From a virus (taxonomy: Duplodnaviria; Caudoviricetes), in IMG/VR virus record IMGVR_UViG_3300020399_000003, positions 1 through 64,000 of that record: a stretch of 64,000 bases of DNA; one strand, given 5' to 3'. This document shows positions 1 to 8,009 of the stretch, in pieces. Each line of letters starts with the position of its first letter. Position 1 is the first letter of the stretch. Below the pieces are notes generated by a model. It was not told the DNA's origin. It saw only the letters and a program-made list of their open reading frames with translations, and made no database searches. A program made the translations under genes and the position numbers.

Positions 1-14
1 CTTTGGAGGTTAAA

Positions 15-446
15 ATGACAGTAGAAACAGTAGTAAATAATGGTGCAGAAACTACAAATAGCAAGTTTAGCTTTGATGAAGGTCAAGCTGAAGTGGTTCT
101 GTTTGATCTTGGTGAAAATTCAGGTCATTACTTTAAGCCTAAGAGTATTAAATTAGGCGACAAGCTTACAGCTGGAAAAGTACAGACCGCTTTTATTAAC
201 GATAATTCTAAACTGGCTAAAAGACCCTACGTTTTAGAATATCAGGAACCACGTGCCGGTAGTAAAGGTCGCGGTCTTATAGTTTATAAGAATTATAAGA
301 ACGGTCCTAGAAAACAATTTGGAATTATCAATCATTGGGATTCCAACATTAAGCTTTCTATGGACATGGTGCCTATGATCGTAGGATTAGCTAAACATAG
401 TGTTACTCGTGCAATGTCAGATTCTGAGCTTGCAAATGACGAGTAG
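15..446 (+). CDS. hypothetical early phage protein
   Basis: ORF track 3..446; GGAGGT at 5-10 favours ATG at 15; no family recognised. Confidence 0.6.
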   Translation: MTVETVVNNGAETTNSKFSFDEGQAEVVLFDLGENSGHYFKPKSIKLGDKLTAGKVQTAFINDNSKLAKRPYVLEYQEPRAGSKGRGLIVYKNYKNGPRKQFGIINHWDSNIKLSMDMVPMIVGLAKHSVTRAMSDSELANDE

Positions 447-451
447 TGTCT

Positions 452-500
452 AATCTGGTTGCTCTAGGGGCATGTAAGACCCCTAGAGCAATCAAAGATT
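452..500 (+). other. strong intergenic hairpin (possible terminator/processing site)
   Basis: GGTTGCTCTAGGGG (457-470) pairs with CCCCTAGAGCAATC (480-493); extendable by AATCT/AGATT. Confidence 0.6.
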
Positions 501-518
501 TTAAAGGAAATAAACATC

Positions 519-623
519 ATGAAAGAAATTAACCCTATAAATATTACTTTAGCAATGATAATAGCCTTTCCATCAATAGTAATATTGATGATTTGGGCTT
601 TTCTAACTAGATGGTTCAAATGA
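519..623 (+). CDS. small membrane peptide (34 aa)
   Basis: Read by eye: MKEINPINITLAMIIAFPSIVILMIWAFLTRWFK, AAAGGA upstream, one hydrophobic helix. Confidence 0.5.
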   Translation: MKEINPINITLAMIIAFPSIVILMIWAFLTRWFK

Positions 624-632
624 GGTGAGATT

Positions 633-821
633 ATGAAGTGTGCAACTATGATGATGCGTAAGAGAGATTGGTTAACCTATGAAATGTTATACAAAAGATA
701 TAATAGACAGAGGTCTAAAGCTGTAGTTAACGGTTGGATTTATGTTCACAAGAAGACAGGCAGAATACTACATGATGCTTTTGAGAAATATAATAAAATA
801 TTGAAAGCTCAAGGATTATAG
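633..821 (+). CDS. hypothetical protein
   Basis: ORF track; GAGGTG upstream. Confidence 0.5.
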   Translation: MKCATMMMRKRDWLTYEMLYKRYNRQRSKAVVNGWIYVHKKTGRILHDAFEKYNKILKAQGL

Positions 822-943
822 GTGGCGGGGTATAGGATTATTACCTATCAATGTTACCTGGGTACCTAGGATCTTAGCTGGCGCGGACTCTAGGTACCTA
901 AAATTACTATGGTAAGATAGTAACAACATTAAGGAGATTAATT

Positions 944-1315
944 ATGCTTAAAGATCCTCAAGAAGAATTAGATAGTCTCGTTACTCAATGTCTAGAGCTA
1001 TACTGTTTGATTAAATGTAAAGCTCCCAATTATACAACAACTTATAGTAATACTTTTTTAGAAGATTTTCTAAATTATGTAGCTACTATAACTATGAATA
1101 AACATGGTGATGTAGAAAATATACCAAGAGATAGAGACGATGGTCAACGTTATACAGATATATCTTTTGATGAATTTGCAGAAGCTCTTCAAAAAGCATC
1201 TGGCTTAGATCTTAAAGGAGCGTTAGATAAAGCTGAAGATGAACATTACGATAAATTAGCTGAAGAAGATGAAGAGTATCGTCTTTTTCAGCGTTCTAAA
1301 AGAAAACTTAACTAA
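944..1315 (+). CDS. hypothetical acidic protein
   Basis: ORF track; AAGGAG RBS. Confidence 0.65.
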   Translation: MLKDPQEELDSLVTQCLELYCLIKCKAPNYTTTYSNTFLEDFLNYVATITMNKHGDVENIPRDRDDGQRYTDISFDEFAEALQKASGLDLKGALDKAEDEHYDKLAEEDEEYRLFQRSKRKLN

Positions 1316-1326
1316 GGAGAAAGATA

Positions 1327-1560
1327 ATGCAAGCTTGGGCTTTAGTTATGATTCTCTTTGGAACTACACCTGATCCTAGCGGTATTACTCATTCAGAAAT
1401 ATTAAAGGTCTACTCTACTCAAGCTACTTGTAGTAGTGCAATTGTTAAAGCATTGACCATTAAAATGCCGGTAGCTAGATCATTTTTTTGTTTAAAATTT
1501 AAACAACTTCCAGCTCAGGAGACTAAATATGTCAAAGAACGCATTAACAATTCAAGGTGA
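1327..1560 (+). CDS. hypothetical protein with N-terminal hydrophobic segment
   Basis: ORF track; AAGGAG RBS. Confidence 0.6.
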   Translation: MQAWALVMILFGTTPDPSGITHSEILKVYSTQATCSSAIVKALTIKMPVARSFFCLKFKQLPAQETKYVKERINNSR

Positions 1561-1720
1561 GATCTATATTCCATATGTTGAGTATCAACAGATAGAAAAT
1601 GATCGTTACGATATGAAAAATGTGGTTATTCCCAGTTTAAGAGCACAAGTTACAGTTCTTAAAGAAGTTTTAAAACTTAATAATATTTCTTTACCTAAGG
1701 AGATCGAACATGAAAGATGA
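1529..1720 (+). CDS. hypothetical protein
   Basis: ORF track; AGGAG RBS. Confidence 0.6.
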   Translation: MSKNALTIQGEIYIPYVEYQQIENDRYDMKNVVIPSLRAQVTVLKEVLKLNNISLPKEIEHER

Positions 1721-2081
1721 TGATGGTTTAAAAGAACTAGAACGAAGCTTTACTATCGCTGGATGGTCAATTTTACTTATTATTACTGTATATATTACAG
1801 TTCATTTTATTATAGCATTTCCAAAGATTGCGCATGGATGGGACGGTATTGATTTATCAGCTGATACTGATATATCAATTGAAACAGGTACCCGATCAAC
1901 AATTCCAGATACTATTATTCTTGAACCTATGCAAGAAATAGAAGTGCATGATTGGGAAACCAATGAGTCTAAATCAGTAACAATTATTAAAATTGATCCA
2001 CCAACTGAAGGTCCAATTCAGATGGAGGTACAAGATTATGGTACAGGAGATTATATGGATTTTTCATTAGATATCAATTAA
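1710..2081 (+). CDS. hypothetical membrane-anchored protein
   Basis: TM helix near N-terminus, acidic C-terminal part; AAGGAG RBS. Confidence 0.6.
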   Translation: MKDDDGLKELERSFTIAGWSILLIITVYITVHFIIAFPKIAHGWDGIDLSADTDISIETGTRSTIPDTIILEPMQEIEVHDWETNESKSVTIIKIDPPTEGPIQMEVQDYGTGDYMDFSLDIN

Positions 2082-2117
2082 CACCCTGCTTCGCTTATTC
2101 GCATTCGTTTACTACGC

Positions 2118-2149
2118 ACCCTGAGGTTTCTAGAACCTTAGGGTTTTTT
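2118..2149 (+). terminator. Rho-independent terminator
   Basis: ACCCTGAGGTT-TCTAG-AACCTTAGGGT followed by T-run. Confidence 0.8.
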
Positions 2150-2175
2150 AATGTCTAAAATCGAGGAGAATCGAC

Positions 2176-3918
2176 ATGACTACTAGTATTGATCAGTACA
2201 CTATAGAAACTACATGGTCTACAAGAATTACCGATGATATAGTTCTGGAAGCTATTCAAGGGGATGTACCTCAGGATATGGAAACTAATATCATGAATAC
2301 AATTACTCATTTAAATAATAATAAATGGGTAGATGACAAAGAGATTTATATTAAATTAATGTCTTTAATTCTTATAGATCATAACAGCCGACCTATTCAA
2401 GCTATTGCTACTCAGATAGGACATCTAGCAGGAATTAGCAATCCTACTGATGCTTTCGAATGGGGAATAGTACTTCTTAAAGATTGTAGAGATGTTAATC
2501 TTTATAATTTTCAAAAGAAGGATCATGAATGGAGGGTATACCCTAATTTCACATTAGATAGTAATACTAAGGACAAAATAGCTAAGCTACAGTTCTTACC
2601 TCCTATGAAGAAACAGCCTAAAGATTGGAGAGATAATTATAATGGTGGATGGCTTTGGGAGAATAAGCATTTAGTTCTTGGTAATAAGTTTACCAAGCAC
2701 GAGGAACCACTAGCTTATGATGTTATTAATAAGCTTCAAAGTATTCCTTGGGAAATAGATGCTGATACTTATCTATTTGAAAAGCAGACTAATACTGCTA
2801 TGGATAAGAAACAATTCTTAAGAGTTATAGATCAGTATTTAGGACAACATTTCTATTTTGTATGGAGATATGATTCCAGGGGTAGAAGTTATTCTTCTGG
2901 CTATGATCTTAATCTTCAGACTAATGAATATGGTAAAGCTTTATTATCTCTTCATAAGAAAGAGGTTATCACTCAATTACCAAATCTTTACATTGCTATA
3001 GCTAATCATGCTGGCAAAGATAAGCTTACATGGCAAGAACGTATTGATTGGGTTAGTACTCAAAATCCAGATACTATTGAGTGGGATGAACCTATTCTAG
3101 GTAAGAAAGCTATAAGAGCTCTTAAAGCTACTGCAGAAGGTAAACCTACTGGATATGTAATGTCAGTAGATGCTACAAGTTCTGGGATTCAAATCATGGC
3201 TGTGCTATCAGGAGATAAGCAAACAGCTAAGCTGGTTAATTGCATAGATCCTAATCAACGTCATGATCTATACAATGATGTAGCAGCTATGATGTCTTTA
3301 CAGCTAAAGAACCCAGTTCCTAGATCTATAGTAAAGCAATGCACAATGACGCATTACTATAATTCTAAGGCTACTCCCAGGGGCCTGCTATCTGAAGAAG
3401 AACTGGAAGTATTCTATCAGGTTATTGAAGGTCTACTACCGGGAGCAGAAGAAGTAATGGCTACCATTAATGGATGCTGGAATAATAATGCTGATGCGCA
3501 TTCATGGGTTATGCCTGATGGTCATAGAGTATATGTTCCTGTAGTAGAAGGTATTAATGGTGTATACTCAGATGAAGAATTCGGAGATATTCCTTTGAGG
3601 TGGTACCGTCAAACTAAATCTAATAATTATAGGTCTCTTTGCCCTAATGTTATTCATTCAATTGATGGCTATGTGGCTAGGGAAATGATTAGACGTTCTG
3701 AATTTCAACTAAGTCATATCCATGATTGTTTTGTATTTAACCCTAATCATTTACAGAAAGTATGTCAAACATACAGAGAGATTATGGCTGAATTAGCTAG
3801 CAGTGATATATTCGTTGATATCTTACGCCAAATTACGGGTAAATCGACTTTTACAATCACTAAAGCTAGTACAGATTTAGATAAGGATATTCTTCAAAGT
3901 AATTATATGTTATCTTGA
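2176..3918 (+). CDS. N4-like RNAPII (T7 superfamily), RNAP1+RNAP2 fused in one 580-aa chain
   Basis: YDSRGRSY (DxxGR), IANHAGKDK..W.ERIDW, motif A VDATSSG, motif B RSIVKQCTMTHYY, motif C SHIHDCF in one frame. Confidence 0.9.
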   Translation: MTTSIDQYTIETTWSTRITDDIVLEAIQGDVPQDMETNIMNTITHLNNNKWVDDKEIYIKLMSLILIDHNSRPIQAIATQIGHLAGISNPTDAFEWGIVLLKDCRDVNLYNFQKKDHEWRVYPNFTLDSNTKDKIAKLQFLPPMKKQPKDWRDNYNGGWLWENKHLVLGNKFTKHEEPLAYDVINKLQSIPWEIDADTYLFEKQTNTAMDKKQFLRVIDQYLGQHFYFVWRYDSRGRSYSSGYDLNLQTNEYGKALLSLHKKEVITQLPNLYIAIANHAGKDKLTWQERIDWVSTQNPDTIEWDEPILGKKAIRALKATAEGKPTGYVMSVDATSSGIQIMAVLSGDKQTAKLVNCIDPNQRHDLYNDVAAMMSLQLKNPVPRSIVKQCTMTHYYNSKATPRGLLSEEELEVFYQVIEGLLPGAEEVMATINGCWNNNADAHSWVMPDGHRVYVPVVEGINGVYSDEEFGDIPLRWYRQTKSNNYRSLCPNVIHSIDGYVAREMIRRSEFQLSHIHDCFVFNPNHLQKVCQTYREIMAELASSDIFVDILRQITGKSTFTITKASTDLDKDILQSNYMLS

Positions 3919-3980
3919 AGTTGTTCTTCATTTCTCCTCACCTATGAGTGTGTTTTGTCAAATCCGCACAAGTAGGTATT

Positions 3981-4012
3981 TGGTCTCCCCGAAAGGGGGG
4001 GCCATTTTTTTT
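3981..4012 (+). terminator. Rho-independent terminator
   Basis: TGGTCTCCCC-GAAA-GGGGGGGCCA followed by T8. Confidence 0.9.
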
Positions 4013-4074
4013 ATCCATACTTAAGATTTAGATGTTCACATAACTTAATCATATTTATCACTGGAGGTCGTGCA

Positions 4075-4290
4075 ATGTCTCGTTTTGTAGTTAAAAAGTG
4101 TGAGATGAGAGCCTGTCAGTGGTGGAGATTAGGAGACAATTGTATTAAAAATGGCTCTTCTATAAGCCATGCTGTGCAATATTCTTCCGATCTTCATAGT
4201 GCTGAACTATGCCAAGTGAGAGAACAAATCAACAAATATAGAATGAAACAAATGTTAGAAGGAAAGGAGATTGCTCATGAAGATAGGTAG
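4075..4290 (+). CDS. hypothetical Cys-containing protein
   Basis: ORF track; GGAGGT RBS. Confidence 0.6.
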   Translation: MSRFVVKKCEMRACQWWRLGDNCIKNGSSISHAVQYSSDLHSAELCQVREQINKYRMKQMLEGKEIAHEDR

Positions 4291-4924
4291 TTGGGAACTA
4301 GAAAGTATCCGTAATAAGATCCTAAGGGATCTATATTCACCAGAGGAAGAAAACCATAGTAAACGAAAAACTGAGATAGTACGTCAAAATAGAGAATATT
4401 ATATAGAACCATTTAACTCTATTTTACAAACTTTACCTGAAGAATTAATTGATGAACATAAAGATTTTGTAACTGAAATTAACTATCTCAGTCCTATGAT
4501 AGAAAAATTAGAAGGAGATACACCAGTTCATTTTACCATTAATGAGAGTTGGACTTACATGAATGACATAGCTGTAATTAATCCTGTTCAGAAACGAGCA
4601 ACAGGTTATTCACAAAATCAACCAGCACCACAACCATTAGATCCTCGATTAAAAGATATTACAGAGCAATTATGTGAAGAAATAATTACGCTGCGTAGTA
4701 AGCGTAGAGAAACACATGATTATTTAGTTGCTACAACTCATAAATATACAGGATCATTACAATTACGGAAAGAATGGCCTGCTTCATTCCATAAATATTT
4801 ACCACCTGAACCAGTAAAAGTCGCTAAGTCTGCGAAGGAAACTAAGAAAGTGGTGGTAGATGATATGGCATTGCCAGATCATATTCACGAAACAATGACT
4901 AATAATCTTTTAGAGGGAGATTAA
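4277..4924 (+). CDS. hypothetical protein, possibly Nmad5-like
   Basis: AAGGAG before ATG 4277; C-terminal QLRKEWPASFHKYLP resembles the L.e.WPe...ylP signature recalled for Nmad5. Confidence 0.55.
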   Translation: MKIGSWELESIRNKILRDLYSPEEENHSKRKTEIVRQNREYYIEPFNSILQTLPEELIDEHKDFVTEINYLSPMIEKLEGDTPVHFTINESWTYMNDIAVINPVQKRATGYSQNQPAPQPLDPRLKDITEQLCEEIITLRSKRRETHDYLVATTHKYTGSLQLRKEWPASFHKYLPPEPVKVAKSAKETKKVVVDDMALPDHIHETMTNNLLEGD

Positions 4925-4925
4925 G

Positions 4926-5951
4926 ATGTTTGAGGTTAACGCAGTTGAACTAGAACAAGCTCTTATTGAAGATCTAAAAGCAGGTCTTACTCCGATGGTA
5001 GCGTCCAGCCCAGGGATGGGTAAATCAGATATTATTCGTAGTATAGCTAAAACATTTAACCTTAAAGTAATTGATTTCAGAGTATCTCAGTGTGAGCCAG
5101 TAGATATGCAAGGTTATCCTGGCATAACTGATGGACGTATGACATTTCATATTCCTGAGTACTTCCCTATAGAGACAGACAGCATACCCGAAGGGTATGA
5201 TGGCTGGCTCCTATTTTTAGATGAATTTAATTCAGGTAATAAACAAACAGAAGCTGCAGCATATAAGCTTATTTTAGATCGAGAAGTATATAAACATAAA
5301 CTACATCCTAGATGTCTTATTGCCGCAGCGGGTAATTTAACTACTGATAGAGCTATTGTAAATACTCAAAGTACAGCAACTACATCCCGATTAACTCACT
5401 ATAGAATGCGAGTAGATCACAAAGTATGGATCGAGTGGGCTAATGCAAATGAGATTGATCATAGAATTATCTCACTTATTAAATTTAAGCCAGAGATTCT
5501 GCATAAATTTGATCCTCAAACTAATGAACTTACTTTCCCAAGTCCACGTACATGGGAATTCGCATCTAAAGTTATTAAGAATAAATCAGAAATAAATCAT
5601 ATTACTACTGTCAGGTTAGCTGGAACAGTAGGTGAAGGAGCAGCTGTAGAACTAGCTGCCTATTCTGAAATCTATCAGAATTTACCTACAATTGAGCAGA
5701 TACTTGCCAATCCTAAATCAGGATGGAAAGTACCTAAAGAACCTAGTGAATTATTCGCAGTCACAACAATGCTAGCCCACAACAGTACTAAAGATAATAT
5801 TGAAAAACTCATGATTGCTAACGGGCGGTTACCTACCGAGATGCAAGTAATCACGTTAAAAGATATTTATAAAAGAAATCCTAAATTAAAAAAACATCCA
5901 ATAATTAAAGAGTGGACTAGTAAGAACGCTCACATATTATTTGGTAATTAA
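4926..5951 (+). CDS. MoxR-like AAA+ ATPase (N4 gp24-like)
   Basis: Walker A SSPGMGKS, Walker B LFLDEF, AAGN, FPSPRTWE. Confidence 0.9.
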   Translation: MFEVNAVELEQALIEDLKAGLTPMVASSPGMGKSDIIRSIAKTFNLKVIDFRVSQCEPVDMQGYPGITDGRMTFHIPEYFPIETDSIPEGYDGWLLFLDEFNSGNKQTEAAAYKLILDREVYKHKLHPRCLIAAAGNLTTDRAIVNTQSTATTSRLTHYRMRVDHKVWIEWANANEIDHRIISLIKFKPEILHKFDPQTNELTFPSPRTWEFASKVIKNKSEINHITTVRLAGTVGEGAAVELAAYSEIYQNLPTIEQILANPKSGWKVPKEPSELFAVTTMLAHNSTKDNIEKLMIANGRLPTEMQVITLKDIYKRNPKLKKHPIIKEWTSKNAHILFGN

Positions 5952-5958
5952 CCATCCA

Positions 5959-6239
5959 GGCGGTTCGAGATGGAATGTCTCATCTTAAACTAGAATGGAA
6001 TTCAACCCAGCTCAATTCAATAGAGTGGGGTTAAATGAAACGCAATAACATATCTCAAGAGTAGTACCTGAGTACGGTTTAGTTCGATTTAACCAGATTG
6101 AATTCAATCCAGCACAGTAAGATACAATGGAACCAAATATCTCATCGCAATGATTAATAAACCTAGCAGCATATAATAAAATTAGGCTCGGTATTATTAA
6201 ATTTTATGAAATATGATTCAATAATTCAAAATTTAACAA
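5959..6239 (+). repeat. phased RRY-NN pentamer tracts upstream of RAMP gene (candidate guide ncRNAs)
   Basis: 5994-6048 11/11 units RRY; 6071-6140 14/14; 6160-6239 12/16; short remnant 5959-5988; shared 15-nt end motif at 5974, 6044, 6136. Confidence 0.9.
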
Positions 6240-6250
6240 GGAGATTTAAA

Positions 6251-6841
6251 ATGTATGTATCAGCAAAGTGTCATCTAAGAAGTAACAGTAAGTATAGTCA
6301 ATCACGCCCATATCAAGTAGAAAAGAAGCCTCGAGAAACACCGGGAGATTATGAAAAACGAACATGGAGAGAACGTCTCCATCTTAGTTATGAAAACCCT
6401 GAAAAAATTCAAATTCCAGGAATGCAATTTAAGAATTGTATAGCAGAATGTGCTAAGTACATGTCTAGACAAATTCCAGGTAAAGGTAAAACAACCTATA
6501 CCAAGCATTTCGAAGCAGGAATTATGCCTATGGGATCTATGGAACTAGATATCTACGCTAAAGATGTAATTGAAGAAGTAGTATTTGTTCCTTCAAGTGG
6601 AAAACGCGGAGATGGTAATCGTGTTTATAAATCTTTTCCAGTAATTAATAGCTGGGAAGGAGTAATAGAATTCTCAATATTTGATCATACGATTACAAAA
6701 GAAGTATTTATTGAACATCTAATTGAAGCCGGACAGTTTATCGGTATCGGTAGATGGCGACCTCGTAATAATGGAATGTACGGACGTTTTCTTGTTGAAA
6801 AAGTTGATTGGCAAGAAAATGAATCGGCAATCGCAGCATAG
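6251..6841 (+). CDS. solitary Cas7-like RAMP-fold protein
   Basis: AAGGAG before ATG 6251; N-terminal beta strand, IPGMQFKNCIAECAK helix, C-terminal G-rich loop AGQFIGIGRWRPRNNGMYGRFLV. Confidence 0.85.
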   Translation: MYVSAKCHLRSNSKYSQSRPYQVEKKPRETPGDYEKRTWRERLHLSYENPEKIQIPGMQFKNCIAECAKYMSRQIPGKGKTTYTKHFEAGIMPMGSMELDIYAKDVIEEVVFVPSSGKRGDGNRVYKSFPVINSWEGVIEFSIFDHTITKEVFIEHLIEAGQFIGIGRWRPRNNGMYGRFLVEKVDWQENESAIAA

Positions 6842-7132
6842 TTACATGAAATTTAGTCGAGTGCAATGAAATTTAATAAAATATAACGAAACATCTTGTC
6901 GCAATTATTACCCCCTAAAAAATTTAACTTTGGTCGAGTTCGATAAAATTCCATGCAATTTAATTGAATCGAGTATCATATAATATAATTCAACGCAATG
7001 AAATATCACATCTCAAGGATTAAAATATAGAGCACCCAGCAGGACCCAGCATAGTAAGATGTCTTGAAACGGCCTGAAATAGGTCATAATGTAATAGGTC
7101 ATCATGCAACCTAATGCAACCCCATGTAATCA
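6835..7132 (+). repeat. phased RRY-NN pentamer tracts between RAMP and partner gene
   Basis: 6835-6894 11/12; 6932-7006 13/15; 7038-7132 13/19; end motif at 6890 and 7002. Confidence 0.9.
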
Positions 7133-7146
7133 CACAAGGATTTTAT

Positions 7147-7725
7147 ATGAGTCATCCAGGAAACGATAACATCATAGATAATGAAAGGGATAAAATGGAA
7201 ACTCCAGATAACGAACCAACAGTTGATGAGAAAAGAAAACCTTTTTGTCGAGCAATCGAAACTACAGGTTTAATAAAAGAATTAAAAAAATACCGGGAAG
7301 GTGAAGAAATTCCTTACGATGCTTTAACTAAAGCAGCAATGGGAAATTGTTCTCCAGGCAAAATTAAGTATCCTTTTCTTAAATCTGCCAGAGATATTTT
7401 ATTTAAAGAAGACGGAGTCGAATTCAGAGCCATTCCTAATATTGGATTAATGCGAATGTCTGATAAAGATAAACTCAGTAAAGCTAAAAGAACTATACCG
7501 TCTTACAATAGAAAAGCTAAAAAAGATATGCACAGATTGCAAAATACAGATTTTGATAATCTAAATCCTGATGAGCAATTATGTCATAGTGTTCATTTAT
7601 CAATTCTTAACGTTCTTAGATGTTCAACATCTGGAGATAGAGTTAATAAAATTACCAAAGTAATTGCGAATAATGACCAGCCTGAAAGACTTGCATTGGA
7701 AGAAACACTTAAAACATTTCTTTGA
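7147..7725 (+). CDS. RAMP-associated partner protein, unknown function
   Basis: AAGGA before ATG 7147 (alternative ATG 7195 after AAAGGGA); basic; flanked by pentamer tracts on both sides. Confidence 0.75.
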   Translation: MSHPGNDNIIDNERDKMETPDNEPTVDEKRKPFCRAIETTGLIKELKKYREGEEIPYDALTKAAMGNCSPGKIKYPFLKSARDILFKEDGVEFRAIPNIGLMRMSDKDKLSKAKRTIPSYNRKAKKDMHRLQNTDFDNLNPDEQLCHSVHLSILNVLRCSTSGDRVNKITKVIANNDQPERLALEETLKTFL

Positions 7726-7778
7726 TCCGACAGGACCCAATCCGTTGGAATTCGATGCAATAAGACAAGACTTAACAT
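7724..7778 (+). repeat. phased RRY-NN pentamer tract downstream of partner gene
   Basis: gatcc gacag gaccc aatcc gttgg aattc gatgc aataa gacaa gactt aacat: 10/11 RRY. Confidence 0.85.
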
Positions 7779-7788
7779 CGAGGTACTT

Positions 7789-8004
7789 ATGAAAACAGTT
7801 CCAATAGAAGAGTTAGGTATTAATGACGGTACATTTAATGCTCTTAAGAATGCAGGCATTACAACCGCTAATGAACTACACCAAATGAATGATAATAAAC
7901 TATTAGCTATTCATGAAATAGGACCTGTTAGGCGTAAGATTATTAAAAACGCTATAGCAACTATACGTGGAGACCTAATAGATCTACCACCTATTGACTG
8001 GTAA
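7789..8004 (+). CDS. stand-alone RNA polymerase alpha C-terminal-domain-like (HhH) protein
   Basis: IEELGINDGTFNALKNAGITTANELHQMNDNKLLAIHEIGPVRRKII matches the alphaCTD pattern ieeL.ls.R..NcLk.agI.t..dL...e.eLl.i.nlG.ks..eI. Confidence 0.8.
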   Translation: MKTVPIEELGINDGTFNALKNAGITTANELHQMNDNKLLAIHEIGPVRRKIIKNAIATIRGDLIDLPPIDW

Positions 8005-8009
8005 AACTA

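Noticed and set aside
1-4075. N4 vRNAP hairpin promoters
   Set aside because: No repeated short-stem/3-nt-loop consensus was found; the genome left end is probably outside the window.
6206-6250. ORF-track N-terminal extensions of RAMP (6206), partner (7114) and the gene at 14864
   Set aside because: The extensions run through pentamer tracts or the tRNA; better RBS-linked ATGs are at 6251, 7147/7195 and 14927.
5959-7780. Canonical CRISPR array beside the Cas7-like gene
   Set aside because: No identical 25-40 nt direct repeats with unique spacers; the structure is 5-nt periodic with a degenerate 15-nt end motif.
6302-7859. Minus-strand ORFs 6302-6508 and 7593-7859 in the RAMP module
   Set aside because: Antisense shadows of better-supported + strand genes.
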